From Octopus sinensis (lineage: Eukaryota): a stretch of DNA of 64,000 nucleotides. The DNA lies in NCBI RefSeq assembly GCF_006345805.1, contig NC_042998.1:7316001-7380000 (forward strand), read 5' to 3'. Each line of letters opens with the position of its first letter. Position 1 is the first letter of the stretch. Below the pieces are notes generated by a model. The model had not been told where the DNA came from. It made no database searches and was given only the letters and a program-made list of their open reading frames with translations. Below are positions 23,053-35,757 of this stretch, in pieces. A program made the position numbers and the translations under genes.

Positions 23053-23270
23053 AGGCAGCGAGCTGGCAGATTCGAAAAGCTTAGCAGTATTTTGTCCATC
23101 TTTACGTTCTGAGTTCAAATTCCGCCGAGGTTGACTTTGCCTTTCATCCTTTCGGGGTCGATTAAATAAGTACCAGTTACACATTGGGGTTGATATAATC
23201 GACTTAATCCATTTGCCTGTCCTTGTTTGTCTTCTCTGTGTTTGGCCCCTTGTGGGTAGTAAAGAAATAG
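23053..23270 (+). mobile_element. SINE family B
   Basis: Full body. Confidence 0.85.
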
Positions 23271-23686
23271 GTAAAGTGTACTGGATGCTTTTTACATGGC
23301 ACCAGCACCCACATCAAATATTTTTACGTGGCACCTTGCTTTTAGGGTCTCGATTTTATTGTGGTGGGCAGGTCTTCCTGGGTACAGCATCATGCCACAT
23401 ATCTCAGTCCTCTGTCATCACTTTTGTAAAGCTCAGTGTTTTGAGAACAGCTTTCAGTATTTTGTCCCATGTCTTCCTGGGTCTTTTCCATAACTTCCCT
23501 CCTCCTTTAAGTGATGGTCACTACATTTGAACTCAGCACATAGAGACTCAGAACAAATATTGTGAGGTATTCTTTCCAATAATGCAGACAGGGGCAGCTT
23601 CTCTTGAGAAGAGAGCCTGCATGAGACATGGATCATCATAAGGTGGGTTGCACTACTAAAAATATTCAGGATAATATCTCATTAGT

Positions 23687-24008
23687 GAAGGCACGTTGGC
23701 TTAGTGGCTAGGATAGTCAGCTCATGATCATAAGGTTGCGAGTTCGATTCCTGGTGATGTGTTGTGTCCTTGAGCAAGACACTTTATTTCACATTGCACC
23801 AGTCCACTCAGCTGGCAAAAATGAGTAATACCTGTAATTGAAAGGGCCAGCCTTGTCACATTCTGTGTCACACTGAATCTCCCTGGGAACTACATTAAGG
23901 GTACACGTTTCTGTGGAGTGCTCAGCCACCTGCACAGCAATTTCATGACAGGTTGTTCCAATGACCGGATCAACTGGAAACCTCTTCGTTGTAACTGACA
24001 GAGTTCCA
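23687..24008 (+). mobile_element. SINE family D with tail I
   Basis: Head with GTTCGATTCC, centre gtgtccttgagcaagacactttatttcacattgc, tail aaagggccagccttgtcac... Confidence 0.75.
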
Positions 24009-24166
24009 GTTTAATGTTTTATTAGGCCTCTGCCATTCAGAAAGTTCTGCAGGCCACAGGTTGTCCCGTTAGGATTCTGTCAGTTAACACTTCAAAATGA
24101 TTGAGTGACACATAAAGAAAATTTGTTTTGATAATACTTTGAGTCCCTTTGCCTACTTAATGTTAA

Positions 24167-24555
24167 GTGGAGGCGCAATGGCCCAGTGGTTAGGGCAGCG
24201 GACTCGCGGTCATAGGATCGCGGTTTCGATTCCCAGACCGGGCGTTGTGAGTGTTTATTGAGCGAAAACACCTAAAAAAAGCTCCACGAGTCTCCGGCAG
24301 GGAATGGTGGTGATTCCTGCTGTACTCTTTCACCACAACTTTCTCTCACTCTTACTTCCTGTTTCTGTTGTACCTGTATTTCAAAGGGCCGGCCTTGTCA
24401 CTCTCTGTGTCACGCTGAATATCCCCGAGAACTACGTTAAGGGTACACGTGTCTGTGGAGTGCTCAGCCACTTACATGTTAATTTCACGAGCAGGCTGTT
24501 CTGTTGATTCGGATCAACCGGAACCCTCGGTGTCGTAACCGACGGAGTGCTTCCA
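24167..24555 (+). mobile_element. SINE family C with tail I, full length
   Basis: tRNA-like head, family C body, tail ending gtaaccgacggagtgcttcca. Confidence 0.9.
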
Positions 24556-24969
24556 ATAACTTAATGTTGACCAGTATGGCTTTTCTTTGGAACCTAACCT
24601 GCTTTGCTATATGCAAAGATTTCTAACACTTTAGATTGTCAATGAATTTACTATTGTTACTCTGTACAGACTGCTCCATATGATTCTGTATAGACAAAGC
24701 TCTCACTCTTCACTCTGTTTCTGTCCTCACCCCCTCTCTCTCTCTGAAATGTTGTGAAAGCAACAATCAAGATGAAGACATCAGTCCAACTATTACATCA
24801 TATAAATTCCGCATCTCAGAAATTTTTTTAAAAATTGAATCGGTTACAACGAAGAGGTTTCCAGTTGATCGGATCATTGGAACAACCTGTCATGAAATTG
24901 ATGTGCAGGTGGCTGAGCAGTCCACAGACATGCGTACCCTTAATGTAGTTCCCAGGGAGATTCAGCTAA

Positions 24970-25377
24970 AGGCACAGGAGTGGCTGTGTGGTAAGTAGCT
25001 TGCTAACCAACCACATGGTTCCAGGTTCAGTCCCACTGCGTGGCATCTTGGGCAAGTGTCTTCTGCTATAGCCCCGGGCCGACCAATGCCTTGTGAGTGG
25101 ATTTGGTAGACGGAAACTGAAAGAAGCCTGTCGTGTATATACATATATATATATATGTATGTGTTTGTGTGTCTGTGTTTGTGCCCCTAGCATTGCTTGA
25201 CAAGCGATGCTGGTGTGTTTATGTCCCCGTCACTTAGCGGCTTGGCAAAATGAAACTGATAGAATAAGTACTGGGCTTACAAAGAATAAGTCCCGGGGTC
25301 GATTTGCTCGATTAAAGGCGGTGCTCCAGCATGGCCGCAGTCAAACGACTGAAACAAGTAAAAGAGTAAAAGAGAGT
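24970..25377 (+). mobile_element. SINE family A
   Basis: Full body. Confidence 0.9.
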
Positions 25378-25780
25378 GGTTTAGGTGGAATTTTGAATTC
25401 AAAATACATAGAGCTGGAATAGTTAACACCAGGCATCCTGATTGGTGTTCTAAAAATTCTGTCAGTCCAGTCCCGACTTTGTTAGTAGACTTTTAAAGGA
25501 TGAAAAGCAAAGTTAAACTCTGCAAACTCAGAGTATAGAAAGCAGTACAAATGCACATGAAGTATTTAATCGAATGCCCTCACATGACTGACAGGCTGGT
25601 AAAAATTCATAGGCTTATATTTTATAACCACTTACATATGTACTGCTTTTAGGGATGGATTAAGACCCATAGAAACCCTAAGCATTTAAAAGATTTTGGT
25701 ACTGCCATATGCAATTCAAGATATAAACGATAATAAACCATGAAATATATTTTTACTGTACAAAATGAAACAAAATCAAC

Positions 25781-26194
25781 AGGCGCAGGAGTGGCTGTGT
25801 GGTAAGTAGCTTGCCTACCAACCACATGGTTCTGGGTTCAGTCCCACTGTGTGGCATCTTGGGCAAGTGTCTTCTGCTATAGCCTCGGGCCGACCAATGC
25901 CTTGTGAGTGGATTTGGTAGACGGAAACTGAAAGAAGCCCGTCGTATATATGTATATATATATATGTGTGTGTTTGTGTGTCTGTGTTTGTTCCTCTAGC
26001 ATTGCTTGACAACAGATGCTGGTGTGTTTACGTCCCCGTCACTTAGCGGTTCGGCAAAAGAGACCGATAGAATAAGTACTGGGCTTACAAAAGAATAAGT
26101 CCCGGGGTCGATTTGCTTGGCTAAAGGCGGTGCTCCAGCATGGCCGCAGTCAAATGACTGAAACAAGTAAAAGAGTAAAAGAGAAAAGAGAGTA
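25781..26194 (+). mobile_element. SINE family A
   Basis: Full body. Confidence 0.9.
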
Positions 26195-26604
26195 AGACGG
26201 AAAATAATGTTTATTTTTGTGAAATTATATTTCTGATCACATAAACCACTTCAGGTATTATTTTGTCAAGTTTAATGTGATTTCTGTTATACTTGAAACC
26301 ATTTACCATTTCTGTGGTGCCCCACTTTCCTTAATGCCCTGAGCACGTGCTTATTTTGCTTAATGGTTAATCCAGCACTGACTACTTCTGTTCTTTTACT
26401 GGTTCTGGCTTCTGCATCTATCTCTCTTCTCTTCATGCCTTCTGCATTTCATTTCAACAAACCTTAAACCAAACATTTCTCTCACTACACACTCTCTAGA
26501 ACTGCAGCCTTCTGAAATACCCAATAACTGCAGTAACTTCAGTAATTTGAGGGAGCCTCCTTGCGTCTTGAATAGTGTCCCCATCTCATAAAATTTAACC
26601 ATAT

Positions 26605-26768
26605 AGGCGCAGGAGTGGCTGTGTGGTAAGTAGCTTGCTAACCAACCACATGGTTCCGGGTTCAGTCCCACAGCATGGCACCTCGGGCAAGTGTCTTCTG
26701 CTATAGCCTTGGGCTGACCAAAGCCTTGTGAGTGGATTTGGTAGACGGAAACTGAAAGAAGCTCGTCG

Positions 26769-26801
<33 letters not shown>

Positions 26802-27013
26802 ATGTTTGTGTGTCTGTGTTTGTCCACCCAACATTGCTTGACAACTGATGCTGGTGTGTTTACGTCCCCGTCACATAGCAGTTCAGCAAGAGAGTACGGT
26901 AGAATAAGTACTAGGCTTACAAAGAATAAGTCCTGGGGTTGATTTGCTCGACTAAAGGCAGTGCTCCAGCAAGGCCACAGTCACAATGACTGAAACGAAA
27001 AAAAGAATAAAAG
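26605..27013 (+). mobile_element. SINE family A
   Basis: Full body, somewhat diverged tail. Confidence 0.85.
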
Positions 27014-27564
27014 AAAATAGAAAATTATTGGTCATGATGATGATGGTGGTGGTGGTGGTGGTGATTACAATGACCGATAAGAAGGAGAAACTAAAATGTA
27101 CTTACTTTGGAAATAACATAGCACTCATCGTGTACTGTTGATACTCATTAAAAATTTATAGAAGCTATCTCTCAAATGACCTACTAATATTCATATGTTT
27201 GTTTAAGTAAACATGATATTTAACATCAGCGTATATTCCTAATTACATCTGAAGACAAGTACAAAACAGAACACCAATACATACATGTGATAAGAATAGA
27301 GGATAAATATTGTATGTAAAAAAAATAAAAAAAAAATGGTTATTAATGAACTAGTCAGGAATGATTAAGAAGATTAGTATCAAAAGAGAGGAATGGTTGA
27401 GATTAGCTGACACCGTAAATCTCTCACTATGATAACAAAGAATTAATATCCCAGTGAATGATATCTTAGGATATTAGAACAAGTACTTAATATTGTAGTT
27501 TTGTATATGCTGTTTTCTGTCTGGTTATTATGTAGTTAATGTCCCTCATAATAGAGGTTCTAAT

Positions 27565-28618
27565 CAGTACTGGGATCTTTACCTTTTGACCTACAGATTT
27601 AAAGAATAATTTTTTTGTAACTAAACACTTTCAAACTTCGGACACTGGTAGAATGTGTCATATAAAACATCTTTTACTCTTAGCGTTACTCTTTTACTCT
27701 TTTACTTGTTTCAGTCATTTGACTGCGGCCATGCTGGAGCACCGCCTTTAATCGAGCAACTCGACCCCGGGACTTATTCTTTTGTAAGCCCAGTACTTAT
27801 TCTATCGGTCTCTTTTGCTGAACTGCTAAGTAACGGGGACATAAACACACCAGCATCGGTTGTCAAGCAATGCTAGGGGTACAAACACAGACACACAAAC
27901 ACACACACGCATATATATATATATACATATATACGACGGGCTCCTTTCAGTTTCTGTCTACCAAATCCACTCACAAGGCTTTGGTCGGCCTGAGGCTATA
28001 GTAGAAGACACTTGCCCAAGGTGCCACACAGTGGGACTGAACCCGGAGCCATGTGGTTGGTAAACAAGCTACTTGCCACACAGCCACTCCTGCGCCTATT
28101 GTTGAGAGAAGTTTATGTTTATGAAGTTATTTCGTGTTAAAGTTCTCGTATTTTGGTAATTTCAACCAATCAATGACGTGTATTCAGCTGAATAAAATTA
28201 CTGCCGTTGTTTGTCAACAAGAACTTCTGGTGGTGTATATTTCGTTTGTCAATGTTATTTATGACAACCCTAAAACCCTAACCCTAAAACCAACCCTAAA
28301 ACCTTAAAACCAGTACAAACGCATGAACGATGTCATAAATAACAGTGACAAATAAAAAATACACCACCGATAGTTGTTGTTGACAAACAACAGCAGTAAT
28401 TTTATTCAACTGAATACACGTCATTGATTGGTTGAAATTACCGAAATACGACAACTTTAACTTGAAATAACTTCGTAAATATAAGTTTTTCTCAAAAATG
28501 CTAAGAGTAAAAGATGTTTTATATGACACATTCTACCAGAGTCCGAAGTTTGAAAGTGTTTAGTTACAAAAAATTATTTTTTAAATCTGTAGGTCCAAAG
28601 GTAAAGATACCAGTACTG
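27565..28618. mobile_element. Tc1/mariner-like fold-back MITE (~290-bp inverted arms, telomere-like centre) containing a SINE
   Basis: Termini CAGTACTGG...CCAGTACTG|TA; the arms align along their whole length once the SINE is removed. Confidence 0.75.
27686..28097 (-). mobile_element. SINE family A inserted in the fold-back MITE
   Basis: Full body; absent from the other arm. Confidence 0.9.
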
Positions 28619-28857
28619 TAATTAAGAAGTATAGTATATTATTTTTGCCTACTTATACTGGATACCAATCAGTTACCATTGCTGGACTCTCATGTTGATT
28701 TTGACTCTTGAGTACCCAGTTGTTTGATCAAATGGACAATCTACTCATTGAAATAACTTGCGAAGTGGCTGAGTATTCCTGAGATATTCTTTACATAATT
28801 CTCAGGTAGAATAAGCATGACACCAGTGTTCCTATGAACTCTAAATTACAGGTACAT

Positions 28858-29210
28858 TCATCATCATCATCATCATTTAGCATCCACTTTCCATGCTAGC
28901 ATGGGTTGGACGGTTCAACTGGGGTCTGGGAGGCCAGAAGGCTGCACCAGGCTCCAGTCTGATCTGGCAGTGTTTCTACAGCTGGATGCCCTTCCTAACG
29001 CCAACCACTCCGTGAGTGTAGTGGGTGCTTTTTACGTGCCACCGGCACAGGTGCCAGACGGGGCTGGCAAACGACCATGGTCGGATGGTGCTTTTTACGT
29101 GCCACTGGCACAGAGGCCAGTCGGGACGGCGCTGGCAATGACCACGATCGGATGGTTTGCTTATGTGCCACCGGCACTGGTATCACAGCTGCAATTTCCA
29201 TTGATTTTGA
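28858..29210 (-). mobile_element. Family R retroposon with 3 modules
   Basis: (CAT)n start, CCATGCTAGCATGG palindrome, modules at 29037, 29100 and 29165. Confidence 0.85.
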
Positions 29211-30074
29211 TAATTTTTTATACAGTTTGTGTAGACCCAAATTCACTCATAAAACTTGGGTTGACCCAAGGCCAATGTTAATACATTTGCCCAAAATGTT
29301 GCACAATGGTATTCAACTCAGAGCATTATAAATTGCATAGTAAACATCTTGGCCACTCAGCATCCACAGAAAGTACAATAACTCGCATGGCAAATGTTTA
29401 ATTGTATATTTTGTAAAAACTAAGATATATTTTCCTATGATATGACATTGCTCCAACTTGAACTTTCACTAATTTTTAGTTTGTATCTGAACAATGATTA
29501 CTTTCATGTGTAATTGTAAACTTAGTTAAGATTGATTTAGCATTCAGATTACTCTCTTTCAAATGCTATACCTCATAGCTTCAAGATTTTGATTTATTTC
29601 TTGAGTGACATTGTAGGGTAGGTATGAGAAGCCTGATATGGCCTGTTTAAATGCTAGAAGGATAGACATCCCAAAATAAATAGAAAAATAATTGGTTAAT
29701 TAGAAAGTATTTATTGAAAACAATGAAAAGATGCTAGAACATTTAGTTAAAATATATTTAGCTTTTATTTCAAGAATAATAATTTTCTTTTGCAAAATAG
29801 TCCCAAGATGCTAGTTGGTTTAACTACTCCCCAGTAATAAAATTCCTATCCTTTATGAATCCAACTAACATCTCTACTTATAATGTCATTCCGTTTTCAC
29901 AAGACAAAATCCAAAGATCTAGATATCTGTTATTGAAAATGTACATTAGTATGGCCTCTTCAAAAGTGTTCACTAATATCAACAAAGGAAATTAAAAATG
30001 ATAAAAGATCCTTAGTGGAGGTGCAATGGCCCAGTGGTTAGGACAGCGGACTCGCGGTCTGGGAATCAAAACAG

Positions 30075-30290
30075 AATATGGCAAATGCCTGATGGAGGGT
30101 ATTCATTTAGTTGCACGTCGCTGAATGGCTTCCAGATGATTGATATCCTGGGCAAGATAGGGGTTCCAGACCGGTGATGCAAATTCCAGGTGAGGTCTTA
30201 CCATAGCTATATAAAGCCGCAGATAGATAGTTGGTAATGCTGGTGCTTCTTATCTCTTCTCCAAGTTACCATTACCACCAGCTCTTAAGG
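30075..30290 (-). pseudogene. CR1/L2-group LINE fragment (post-RT region)
   Basis: YLRLYIAMVRPHLEFASPVWNPYLAQDINHLEAIQRRATK* matches the RPHLEY...W.PY...LE..QRRAT motif. Confidence 0.85.
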
Positions 30291-30792
30291 CACTCATCCA
30301 CTTTTTGCAGTTTGGGTTTTTTTAATCCTGCTGGGTGCTCATACAATCTCCTCATAGATAATCCTATTGGGGGATTGGTTTAGTCGCCAACTACTCTACC
30401 ATGAGCAGGTAGTACTGGATTACATGGTTACCAACAGTAGGTTTTCCATCACCTTGTGATGAAATTACTCCTGGTTTGACAATACCTCTTCACCAAACCA
30501 TGAAAAAGGAAAAAAAAACCAAACAATTTTCCGGTCTGGTCATCAGAAACACTTGCTTCTGGTCATCAGAAGCTTCCTTGTGTGTATGATTTTTGATTAA
30601 TGAATCATAGATCAATAGCTCTTTGCAGTAGTACCAAGAAATAAGTAGACACTAGTTATAGCATGATGGTCAGGAATAGTCTATAGATTAAGTTAATCAA
30701 TAATGGTGAGACATCACTTTAACCTCAGTGATGGTACGTGACTGACCCCATCTCTCTCTCTCTCTCTCTCTCTGCTTTGCATTGTGTTAAAT

Positions 30793-30993
30793 CAGTGCTT
30801 TTCAAACATTTTGTTGGAGCGGAACCCCAAGGAAACATTCCACTGACTCGAGGAACCCCTGTGCAATAATTTAATAGTCTTATGCACACATATCTGCACA
30901 GGAGACTTAAAAATTACTGCTGATTTTAGCAGTTTTGTAACTCCTTGCGGAACCCCTGGACTGTACTGGCGGAACCCTGGTTGAAAACTACTG
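30793..30993. mobile_element. hAT MITE, 201 bp
   Basis: CAGTGCTTTTCAAAC...GTTGAAAACTACTG; perfect TSD TGTTAAAT. Confidence 0.9.
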
Positions 30994-31063
30994 TGTTAAA
31001 TTGTAACAATAACTTTAGTATAAAATTCCTGCTTTTCTAAAATTATTACAAAATGAGTTTTAA

Positions 31064-31265
31064 CCCTTTAGAATTCAGATTACTCTGTCAAATGTAATGC
31101 ATATTTATTCACATTGATTCGCTTCTTTTATCTCATAGCTTTAAGATTTCAATGATGTAAATGTGTATTTTTAGAATGATCTTGTAGGGTAGGTGTGGCA
31201 TGCTGGATCTGGCCAGTTTGAACATAAACCAGGCAGAATATTCGAGTTGGATGTAGCTTGTTTAA
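31064..31265. mobile_element. piggyBac-like MITE, right end lost
   Basis: TTAA|CCCTTTAG start; body matches 31924-32143. Confidence 0.6.
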
Positions 31266-31269
31266 ATAT

Positions 31270-31590
31270 TTACAAAGTCAGAAAACAGCACAGTTCCCAT
31301 GACTTTAGGAAACATTTTTTCACGTTGAGAGTTGCTGAAGCATGGAACAAACTGCCGGCATCAGTTGTTAGTTGTTGGAGCACTGCATCCTTCAAAACTT
31401 CCATGCTTTCTGAGATTCGCCAACACTACACCTGATTTCCTCCCCTCCATACACACACAAGCATGTATCTGACTCATGCATTGTTCGCTTTCCAGACATT
31501 TGTACATTACTGCATATACTTTATACGCACTTTCTGACAAGTTGTGGTGCACCTGAGCACTGTATACAATAATTTTATTATTATTATTAT
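31270..31590 (+). mobile_element. CR1 LINE 3' end, 3' UTR and (ATT)n tail
   Basis: YKVRKQHSSHDFRKHFFTLRVAEAWNKLPASVVS (R..FF..RV...WN.LP motif), then gtgcacctgagcactgtatacaata(ATT)n. Confidence 0.85.
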
Positions 31591-31923
31591 AAAATACTAA
31601 GGGTTTAAACTTCTTATGCTACATCAAATTAGAAGACTCAGTTTATTTTTGTTCTACACCTTTTATACCGACTTTAGAACCCTTCCAATTCACACTTATT
31701 TTTTTCATTCACTTTTATTTCCATGTTTCCATGAGTTTGATGAATTGTGTGTGTGTGTGTGTGTGCCCACTCACACACACACACCCACAAAACAAAACAA
31801 AACAAGAGAGATTGTTTATAAGATTTTTTGTTACATCATCTTACATGTTTCATTAAGATGAAATGATTATGAGTTACATAATGCAAATTCTAAATACAGG
31901 TTGTCACACAATATAAGGTTTAA

Positions 31924-32143
31924 CCCTTTAGTGTTCAGACTACTCTGTTAAATGTAATATTTTTTCACTCAAATTGTTCTGAATTAATCATGCTTTATCT
32001 TATAGCTTTGGGGTTTCAATGATGTAATTGTTTATTTTTAGAATGACATTGTAGGTTAGGTGTGAGAGGCCAGATCTGGTCAGTTTGAATATAAAACATG
32101 TAGAATATCTGGGCCAGATATGGCCGGTTTGAACACTAAAGGG
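31924..32143. mobile_element. piggyBac-like MITE, complete
   Basis: TTAA TSD on both sides; TIRs CCCTTTAGTGTTCAGAC / GTTTGAACACTAAAGGG. Confidence 0.85.
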
Positions 32144-32251
32144 TTAAATTACCCTGGACAAATATAAATGTGTGTGACTCCTTTTCTATTCCTTACCTTT
32201 CAAAGTCCAATAATTCATACTTTTATTTCAATATAAATATACAATATGAAA

Positions 32252-32560
32252 TGTAGAGGCACAATGGCCCAGTGGTTAGGGCAGCGAACTCGCGGTCGGA
32301 GGATCATGGTTTCAATTCCCAGACCGGGCGTTTTGTGTATCTATTGAGCGAAAACACCTAAAAGCTCCATGAGGCTCCAGCAGGGGGTGGTGGCGACCCC
32401 TGTTGTACTCTTTCGCCACAACTTTCTCTCACTCTCTCTTCCTGTTTCTTGAGTAATGCTGCGATGGACTGGTGTCCCGTCCAACTGGTGGGGGAACACA
32501 TATGCCACAGAAATCGGGAAACCGGCTCCATGAGGCTAGCTAGGCTTGAAAAGGGTGACG
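32252..32560 (+). mobile_element. SINE family C with tail II
   Basis: Head and body as at 24167; tail as at 4952. Confidence 0.85.
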
Positions 32561-32602
32561 TTTGTCATTTATACAATATGAATACACTGCATCATTATAG
32601 TG

Positions 32603-32822
32603 CAGTGTTTTTCAAACTTTATGCTGGAGCGGAACCTCCAAGGAAACATTCCACTGGCTCGAGGAATCCCTGTGCAATAATTTAATAATTTTATGCACAC
32701 ATATCTGCACAGGAGAATTAAAAATTACTGCCGATTTTAGCAGTTTTGTAACTTCTTGCAGAACCCCTGGACTGTACTGGCGGAACCCTAAGGTTCCGCG
32801 GAACCCTGGTTAAAAACCACTG
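32603..32822. mobile_element. hAT MITE, 220 bp
   Basis: CAGTGTTTTTCAAAC...GTTAAAAACCACTG; perfect TSD TTATAGTG. Confidence 0.9.
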
Positions 32823-33130
32823 TTATAGTGTATTGAACATATATACTACAATGCTTCATTAACAGAATTTTTTTTTCAGTTGGTTGGCATAAATCAAGGA
32901 TTTTTAAAAGCTCTTGTAAAAGTAATTGTTTATTTTATGTTAGATAATAATAATGATCATCTTCACTGATTTGGTGATAATGTGTATTTACATGTATATA
33001 TGTGTGTATGTCAAGCTCTACTTAACGCAGTCCTCTAACTTACCAGCTCTTGTCAAACTGCCTGACCCACACTAGCATGGAAGTAGGACAGTCAATGAGG
33101 AAAATGATACACACACATTTTCACATACAT

Positions 33131-33530
33131 TACTCTTTTACTTGTTTCAGTCATTTGACTGCGGCCATGCTGGAGCACCGCCTTTAGTCGAGCAAATCGA
33201 CCCTGGGACTTATCCTTTGTAAGCCCAGTACTTATTCTATCGGTCTCTTTTGCCGAACCGCTAAGTTACGGGGACGTAAACACACCAGCATCGGTTGTCA
33301 AGCAATGCTAGGGAGACAAACACAGACACACAAACATATACACACGCATAAATATATATATATGTACATATATACGACGGGCTTCTTTCAGTTTCCGTCT
33401 ACCAAATCCACTCACAAGGCTTTGGTCGGCCCGGGGCTATAGTAGAAGACACTTGCCCAAGATGCCACGCAGTGGGACTGAACCCGGAACCATGTGGTTG
33501 GTTAGCAAGCTACTTACCACACAGCCACTC
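33131..33530 (-). mobile_element. SINE family A
   Basis: Near-full body. Confidence 0.9.
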
Positions 33531-33896
33531 ATCTATATCTTGACAATTATCTTATGCATATTAAATAATAATCTCCAGGTGACAATTATTGCTACCGTCT
33601 AAAGACACAAAAAAAACTATTAAATTAACTTTTTATTTATTTCTTGAAATGTCTAACTTTTCATCACGCATCAGGTCACTGACACAGTTCCACAGCAACT
33701 TTTTAAGTTTTCCAGTTGACTAAAATAGCTCCTTCTACAATGTAATTGCTTCAGTCTTAACCTACAGCTCCCAATCTAATCCCTTGCTAGACAAGTACAA
33801 ATGGAATTATAACTATGTTGTAATAACTCGTATTTTAACTGTTGTTTTTATATAAGGGTAAAAATGCAGATGTCTAATAGAGAGTTTGTTTGTTTT

Positions 33897-34299
33897 GTTT
33901 TACTTGTTTCAGTCATTTGACTGTGGCCATGCTGGAGCACCACCTTTAGTCGAGCAACTCTACCCCGGAACTTATTCTTTTGTAAGCCCAGTACTTATTC
34001 TATCGGTCTCTTTTGCCGAACCGCTAAGTGACAGGGGCGTAAACACACCAGCATCGGTTGTCAAGCAATGCTAGGGGGACAAACACAGACACACAAACAC
34101 ACACCACACACACACACATATATATATATATACATATATACGACAGGCTTCTTTCAGTTTCCGTCTACCAAATCCACTCACAAGGCATTGGTCGGCCCGG
34201 GGCTATAGCAGAAGACACTTGCCCAAGATGCCATGCAGTGGGACTGAACCCGAAACCGTGTGGTTGGTTTGCAAGCTACTTACCTCACAGCCACTCCTG
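33897..34299 (-). mobile_element. SINE family A
   Basis: Near-full body. Confidence 0.9.
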
Positions 34300-34346
34300 T
34301 GGATATTTTATAATCATTATTTTATATTACTTGTATATTTATATAC

Positions 34347-34554
34347 AGGCGGCAAGCTGGCAGAAACGTTAGCGTGCCGGGCGAAATGCTTAGTGTTCTG
34401 AGTTCAAATTCCGCCGAGGTCGACTTTGCCTCTCATCCTTTCGGGGTCGATAAAGTGCCAGTTTCGTACTGGGGTCGATGTAATCGACTTAATCCCTTTG
34501 TCTGTCCTTGTTTGTTCCCTCTATGTTTAGCTCCTTGTGGGCAGTAAAGAAATA
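34347..34554 (+). mobile_element. SINE family B, ending ~75 nt upstream of the RasGRF acceptor
   Basis: Full body. Confidence 0.85.
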
Positions 34555-34628
34555 TATATTACTTGTGTATCTATACATGATTATATTAATTATTTTAAAA
34601 CTAATTATCTCTATGTTTTGTCATCCAG

Positions 34629-34774
34629 GACTTCTACTTCAGTTGTTGCCAGATAAACCAAAGAATCTGCTCGGTCTTTCTTCTAAACGAGAAGTTGTGC
34701 GACAAGTCTTTCTTTTCTCTAATCATATGTTGCTTACAAGCCGGGCATCCAATGGAAGACTGCACCTTGCCAAG
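34629..34774 (+). CDS. RASGRF: Internal coding exon of a RasGRF-family GEF (first half of the PH2 domain)
   Basis: Acceptor gttttgtcatccAG, donor AAG|GTAAGT, 146 nt (phase 1 in, phase 0 out). Translation (G)LLLQLLPDKPKNLLGLSSKREVVRQVFLFSNHMLLTSRASNGRLHLAK matches the recalled vertebrate RasGRF1 segment GSLIQ...[26 protein letters not shown]. Confidence 0.9.
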
Positions 34775-35757
34775 GTAAGTAAAACAATTACAATAACACA
34801 TAACGATAACATCAATGATTGCTATCTAAAACGATAGTGCGACTAATGTAACATATCTATTGCTCCTTACCGAATTGAAGACTTTTTGTTATTATATTCT
34901 TATATGCTTTTGATCTTGGGATTCACCCAGGCAGCCTGAGTATGATTTCCAGCAAAGGAACTAATGAAAGTTTGAGGGTGTATGATAGAATCAATAGAGC
35001 ATCAGACATTTATTTTTTGGTTATAAGTTACTGTTCATTATCTTCTGATTTCAAATCTTGTCCAGTTTGACTATTTATTCTTTTGCTCTTCCGGCTTTCA
35101 TAAATAAGAATGAACAAATTACTGGGTTTAGTATGATAGACAACACATTGGTGGCCTGGTGCCTATTTTGTTAACAATTACCATATCTTAATAAAGCATA
35201 GATAAATCATATGGCAGAAGTATTTGGGAACTATACTAAGTGCCCAACAGAATACAGTGTTCTTCAAAATTCTGAGCTCAGATCCCCAAAGGTCAAATTT
35301 GCCTTCCATTCTACTATTGCTTATTAAAGAAATTCCATTTATACATAGGAGTTAATTCAATTAACTATACCCTTTCCATTAAACCTTGTCCCATTGTACC
35401 AATGTAAGAAAGTATTATTATAGTCTAAACCGTTTTATAAAATATTCCATTGTTTCTTAGTTATTATCTAAGCTGATTTCCTTTGCTCTTTGAGTGACAC
35501 ATCCCACCGGCTTTATTCTTTATTGCTATGTCTCTTTCTTCAATTTGCATGCAATCCATCAAGATATGCATTTTGGTCATATGTCAAAATGTATGTAAAT
35601 TTTACTGGATTAAAGTCCTACAAATTTGGTGCTAATGTACCTAAAAATAAAACTTGATATTTTGTTATTAAATTAATGCTTAAGATTTTGATATGATATA
35701 AAAGGTGTCAAACATTAAAAGCATAAATGGGCCTGTTGTTCTTTCATTGTATCAAAC

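Noticed and set aside
24167-24245. tRNA genes at SINE heads
   Set aside because: A/B boxes are present but there is no closed acceptor stem, and each head runs into a SINE body.
28268-28312. Telomere or interstitial telomeric array
   Set aside because: Only a few irregular units at the centre of a transposon; not a true (TTAGGG)n tract.
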